In this document: positions 24,995 to 26,348 of the stretch, one piece after another | Position numbering within the stretch: position 1 is the stretch's first letter | Layout of the letters: every line of letters starts with the position of its first letter | Source: a virus | Lineage: Duplodnaviria; Caudoviricetes | IMG/VR virus record: IMGVR_UViG_3300025652_000454 | Coordinates: 1-26,348 of that record | DNA: 26,348 nucleotides | Direction: 5' to 3' (one strand) | Position numbers and translations under genes: made by a program | The notes under the pieces: generated by a model | What the model was told of the DNA's origin: nothing | Database searches by the model: none | Seen by the model: only the letters and a program-made list of their open reading frames with translations

Positions 24995-25726
24995 TTATTC
25001 TCCGCTTTGGTCGATAGCCCCTCGTGCTTTCTGATCTTGAGCCAAACCAATAAGTTCTTGATCTGTTAATGCAGTAAGATACTCGATAGCAAATTTCTTC
25101 ATAGAAACAGTTTTATACCGTTTGACACCAAAGTTTGCACCTTTTTGTTTCACTTCCCGACGATGGTTATAAGTTTCCGCAGCCATTGCATTCAATAGAA
25201 TCTCAGGAACATGATAACCAAGTTCGTTTTCTTCACCAAAAGGAATAAACTTAGATACTTTACCAGTATACCTATTATAGACGGTTTTAATGGCACCCGG
25301 TACAGCAGAATCGTTTGGATCCATATTGGTAATTCGAACACGATGCAAACGCATGGCTTTAGCTCGTACAATTGCACGTTTCTCTGGTTCCGAAAGATTC
25401 GGTTGACGGGGATCCATTTCAGCTAGAATGGCACGAGAATGTTCCAAAATCGACTTGGGTTTTTCTTCAATAACAGGATTTTTAAGTCCAGACTGCATTT
25501 TACGCATAGCCTGCACCACAGGATCATCTTCATCAAGTTCTGAATCTTTTTCTTCGTCGAGGGCAATCTCTGCAAGAATATTTTCCTTGAGAGTAGCAAT
25601 ACCTGTATTTCCAGAATATTTTATACCGACATGATCAGCCACAGCGCGCAAGATATCTTTATCTTCGGTTTCCATAACAAGACTCATTAGAGCCTCAGGA
25701 GTATAATCAGTGATTGGTTTTTCCAT
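24995..25726 (-). CDS. N4 gp55-like conserved protein
   Basis: 243 aa with RLHRVRITNMDP, KFIPFGE, GYHVP and KKFAIEYL segments. AAGGA RBS. Lies between the capsid and gp54-like genes. Confidence 0.8.
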   Translation of the reverse strand: MEKPITDYTPEALMSLVMETEDKDILRAVADHVGIKYSGNTGIATLKENILAEIALDEEKDSELDEDDPVVQAMRKMQSGLKNPVIEEKPKSILEHSRAILAEMDPRQPNLSEPEKRAIVRAKAMRLHRVRITNMDPNDSAVPGAIKTVYNRYTGKVSKFIPFGEENELGYHVPEILLNAMAAETYNHRREVKQKGANFGVKRYKTVSMKKFAIEYLTALTDQELIGLAQDQKARGAIDQSGE

Positions 25727-25761
25727 TGGGAATTTCCTTTTAAGTTACCATGGGTAAAAGT

Positions 25762-25790
25762 CGCTTAACACAACCTAAAAACTAAGGCAA
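25762..25790 (-). promoter_or_regulatory. Putative host sigma70-type late promoter for the gp55-like gene
   Basis: On the - strand, TTGCCT-17 nt-TAAGCG with an extended -10 TG, immediately after the capsid terminator. Confidence 0.4.
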
Positions 25791-25793
25791 ATT

Positions 25794-25823
25794 AAATGAA
25801 AAGGGCCACCCGAAGGCAGCCCT
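25794..25823 (-). terminator. Rho-independent terminator after the major capsid gene
   Basis: On the - strand, AGGGCTGCC-TTCG-GGTGGCCCT followed by TTTCATTT. cUUCGg tetraloop. Confidence 0.9.
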
Positions 25824-25846
25824 AATCAGTCGTTTAATCAGATCCA

Positions 25847-26348
25847 TTACTCAGGGATCGGGCTATAGGAAACAGCCATACGTTCACCACGAAGCTTGAT
25901 AAAGCCGTAGAAGAACTTGATCGAAGAGAAACCGATCTTACCATACGGGTCGGTACGATCCGCAGTCTTCTCGCCCGGCTTCTTCACGATAATACGGAAC
26001 TTCGATTTACCTTTACCACCCATACCTTGCAGACCGATGGTAGCAAAAGCCTGATCACCAACTACCAGCAGTGGAGCCACATCGTAACGACCACCAGTCA
26101 CTTGATAACCATTGTTAGTAGACTCTGCACCACCAGCACCTTGCCAACGCATCATTTGCGGAACAACCACAATACGAAGATGAGCAGTTGGAATTGCACC
26201 AATTTCACCATTCATAATCGTCGCTGCATCAGCATATTTCTCAACTGGAATGAAATCATCCCAATCCGAGATCATGATTTGCAGTTCCGAACCAATATAA
26301 GCAATACGTGAGGCCGAGACCACACGAGTATCAGTCATACGAGAACCT
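25847..26348 (-). CDS. Major capsid protein, C-terminal part (N4 gp56-like); 5' end lies outside the window
   Basis: The frame is open to the right edge. PVEKYADAATIMNGEIG, YDVAPLLVVGDQAFATIG and DPYGKIGFSSIKFFYG are typical of N4-like capsid C-termini. Followed by a strong terminator. Confidence 0.93.
   Translation of the reverse strand, partial: GSRMTDTRVVSASRIAYIGSELQIMISDWDDFIPVEKYADAATIMNGEIGAIPTAHLRIVVVPQMMRWQGAGGAESTNNGYQVTGGRYDVAPLLVVGDQAFATIGLQGMGGKGKSKFRIIVKKPGEKTADRTDPYGKIGFSSIKFFYGFIKLRGERMAVSYSPIPE

Noticed and set aside
1-26348. CRISPR array, integrase/transposase, inteins or alternative genetic code
   Set aside because: No repeat-spacer pattern, mobile-element genes or intein motifs were seen, and long ORFs tile the window under the standard code. 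The Cas4-like nuclease is a stand-alone phage gene.

Overview
The window is an internal segment of an N4-like podophage genome (Schitoviridae). From recalled sequence style it may be a roseophage/Rhodovirinae-like phage of an alphaproteobacterial host, which I cannot confirm here. The + strand (1-7712) carries the replication/recombination module in N4 gp39-gp47 order: 3' part of a family A DNA polymerase, a RecB/Cas4-like nuclease, a primase-helicase, a Sak4-like ATPase, SSB and a RusA-like protein. A ~445-nt hairpin-dense non-coding gap follows. The converging - strand late module (N4 gp50-gp56 order) holds a 3429-aa Cys-free virion RNA polymerase, two more ejection proteins, tail plug/tube candidates, a gp55-like protein and the 3' end of the major capsid gene. 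The most notable observation is a discrete ADP-ribosyltransferase-like (ART-PolyVal-type) domain inside the virion RNAP. It lies between acidic linkers just before the polymerase domain, and a HExxH zinc-peptidase domain follows the polymerase, suggesting an injected polymerase-plus-enzyme effector polyprotein. Other points of interest are a candidate structured ncRNA at the convergence point, an in-frame gp46-gp47-like fusion with an internal RBS and a possible overprinted ORF, a shared S-[LI]-F-D C-terminal motif, and an exact 15-residue Pro repeat in the putative tail tube. All calls come from reading motifs and synteny; no searches were run.
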